DNA of 64,000 nt. Origin: Promethearchaeota archaeon Loki_b32 (GTDB taxonomy: Archaea; Asgardarchaeota; Lokiarchaeia; Sigyniarchaeales; SOKP01). The stretch lies in NCBI GenBank assembly GCA_005223125.1, contig NJBH01000009.1:62323-126322 (forward strand). Reading direction: 5' to 3'. The notes beneath the pieces are model-generated. The model saw nothing but the letters and a program-made list of their open reading frames with translations, had not been told where the DNA came from and ran no database searches. A program made the translations under genes and the position numbers. This document shows positions 62,424-64,000 of this stretch, piece by piece (within the stretch, counting starts at the first letter, position 1; every line of letters starts with the position of its first letter).

Positions 62424-62771
62424 AAGACTCAATATAATCTTGGTTCTCGAATTTTTAACAAAATAATGAGAAATTATGAAAATAGTCTGACAAGAAAAAG
62501 AAAAAAATTTAGTGAACTCCATGAAACTTTTGGAAAATTAATAGATAAAGTTGGAAATAAAAAAAATTGAGTTGAATAATTAGTTTTTATCGATAATTTC
62601 TTTTAATCCTAAAATGGGTACAATAATTTTATTTGGTCTAAATAAAATCTCATAATTTAATTCACGTAAAGCCCTTTCAATATAGAAATAAGTAATTAAT
62701 GTGTAATGCTAATATTAAAACTATTAAGAATATTCTGTCTTTTTATAGAATAATTATCAGAAAAAAATAGA

Positions 62772-63809
62772 GTGAAAATTATGAAGCAAGAAGTAATGAC
62801 AGCTCCAGGTAAAATAGAGTTTCATGATATTCCGATTCCTGAATTAAAGCAAAATGATGTCCTTGTAAAAATGATGAGAATTGGTGTGTGTGGAAGCGAT
62901 ATTCACGTTTATCATGGAAAACATCCATATACTGATTATCCTGTTACTCAAGGCCATGAGGTTTCTGGTAAAATTGAAAAAATTGGTTCAAATGTAAAGA
63001 ATCTTAAACCAGGTGATAAGGTGACTATTCTACCTCAAGTGGTTTGCGATCAATGTTATCCATGCACTCATGGAAAGTATCATATCTGCGATGATCTGAA
63101 AGTAATGGGGTTTCAAACAACAGGAGCGGCTTCGGAGTTCTTTAAGGTAGATTCAGAGAAAGTAATAAAGCTTCCTGATGATATGACTTATGAACAGGGT
63201 GCTATGATAGAACCTTGCGCGGTAGCTGTTCACGCTGTTTCAAGAGGTGGAGATATATCCGGTTTTAATGTGCTTGTATTAGGTGCGGGTCCAATTGGTA
63301 ATCTTGTAGGGCAAACTGCTAAAGCTTTAGGAGCATCGGCAGTAATGATTACTGATTTTAGTGATTTTAGATTAGAAATTGCAAAAAAAGCTGGTATTGA
63401 TTTTACTATCAATCCAACCAAACAGGATCTTTCTGAAGAAATTGGAAAAGTTTTTGGACCAAGTAAAGCAGATTTAATAATAGAATGTGTCGGTTCTAAT
63501 AACACTATAGATGCTGCGATTAATAACGCAAGAAAAGGTACAGATATAATTGTTGTTGGTGTTTTTGGTGTTAAGCCTATAATTGATCTTGGATTTGTTC
63601 AGGATCGGGAACTCAGGTTAATTGGCACTCTTATGTATCAATCTGATGATTATCTTAAAGCGATTGAGCTTGTAGACTCGGGAAAAATTAAACTTGAACC
63701 ATTAATGACTATACACTTTCCATTCGAGGATTATAGTAGAGCCTATAAGTATATTGATGATAAGAAAGATAAAGTAATGAAAGTATTTATTGATGTAAAT
63801 AATGAATAG
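62772..63809 (+). CDS. Zinc-dependent medium-chain (sugar/polyol) alcohol dehydrogenase
   Basis: GVCGSD, GHEVSG, CDQCYPC..C structural Zn site, GAGPIG. Confidence 0.92.
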   Translation: MKIMKQEVMTAPGKIEFHDIPIPELKQNDVLVKMMRIGVCGSDIHVYHGKHPYTDYPVTQGHEVSGKIEKIGSNVKNLKPGDKVTILPQVVCDQCYPCTHGKYHICDDLKVMGFQTTGAASEFFKVDSEKVIKLPDDMTYEQGAMIEPCAVAVHAVSRGGDISGFNVLVLGAGPIGNLVGQTAKALGASAVMITDFSDFRLEIAKKAGIDFTINPTKQDLSEEIGKVFGPSKADLIIECVGSNNTIDAAINNARKGTDIIVVGVFGVKPIIDLGFVQDRELRLIGTLMYQSDDYLKAIELVDSGKIKLEPLMTIHFPFEDYSRAYKYIDDKKDKVMKVFIDVNNE

Positions 63810-63929
63810 AAAAGAAAAAGGTTTTTTTAAAAAAAACTTTAGTGTCAAACAACACTCACCCGACAAAAATAACTAGGCTCGTTAAGCTTAATAGAAAGAT
63901 TTATCTTCGTTAAATCCTTATCTTATTTA

Positions 63930-64000
63930 ATGCCAGCAAAACCTTCTGAAATTAAAAAAGCTACAATCCACACCTATTGGGATTTTAAAGAAGGATTGAT
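63930..64000 (+). CDS. Start of an ORF running off the window (unknown)
   Basis: MPAKPSEIKKATIHTYWDFKEGL... Confidence 0.3.
   Translation, partial: MPAKPSEIKKATIHTYWDFKEGL

Noticed and set aside
5208-63505. Numerous short antisense or overlapping ORFs in the track (e.g. 5208-5486, 7690-8007, 14159-14518, 35337-35645, 56770-57159, 58997-59365, 60585-60794)
   Set aside because: They are shadow ORFs opposite or inside well-supported genes, or lack any recognisable motif.
1-64000. tRNA, rRNA or integrase genes
   Set aside because: None recognised by eye; a tRNAscan/Infernal run would be needed to exclude them fully.

Overview
AT-rich archaeal DNA, most consistent with Lokiarchaeia (Asgard archaea). 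This is inferred from gene content, Loki-type N-terminal domains and C-terminal sorting tails. The window holds anaerobic acyl-CoA/B12 metabolism genes (CoA transferase, 2-hydroxyacyl-CoA dehydratase, GlcD/GlcF-like pair, CooC, acyl-CoA mutase with MeaB and CobO), an SNF2/SWIM pair, two HEPN-MNT modules, two transposases, a glycoside cluster (GH1 x2, GH2, GH149-like, GH3) and many gene fragments. The top candidate for an undescribed system is a minus-strand cassette at 26.6-31.25 kb: a radical SAM/SPASM enzyme, three paralogous ~100-aa single-TM proteins sharing YPxx(T/S)xYS(T/S)(V/I)xxxDF, a methyltransferase-TPR, a membrane-anchored wHTH regulator and an ICMT-like pseudogene. A 28-bp upstream motif, present in three near-identical copies, links it to a sister locus at 14.8-17.5 kb (LVIVD surface protein, ICMT-like protein, TM-wHTH). 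A second recurring pattern is cargo genes sitting between an intact gene and a diverged truncated copy of the same gene (gctA, gctB, mutase/CPBP), which suggests homology-anchored DNA uptake. All product calls come from motif recognition by eye; no searches were run.
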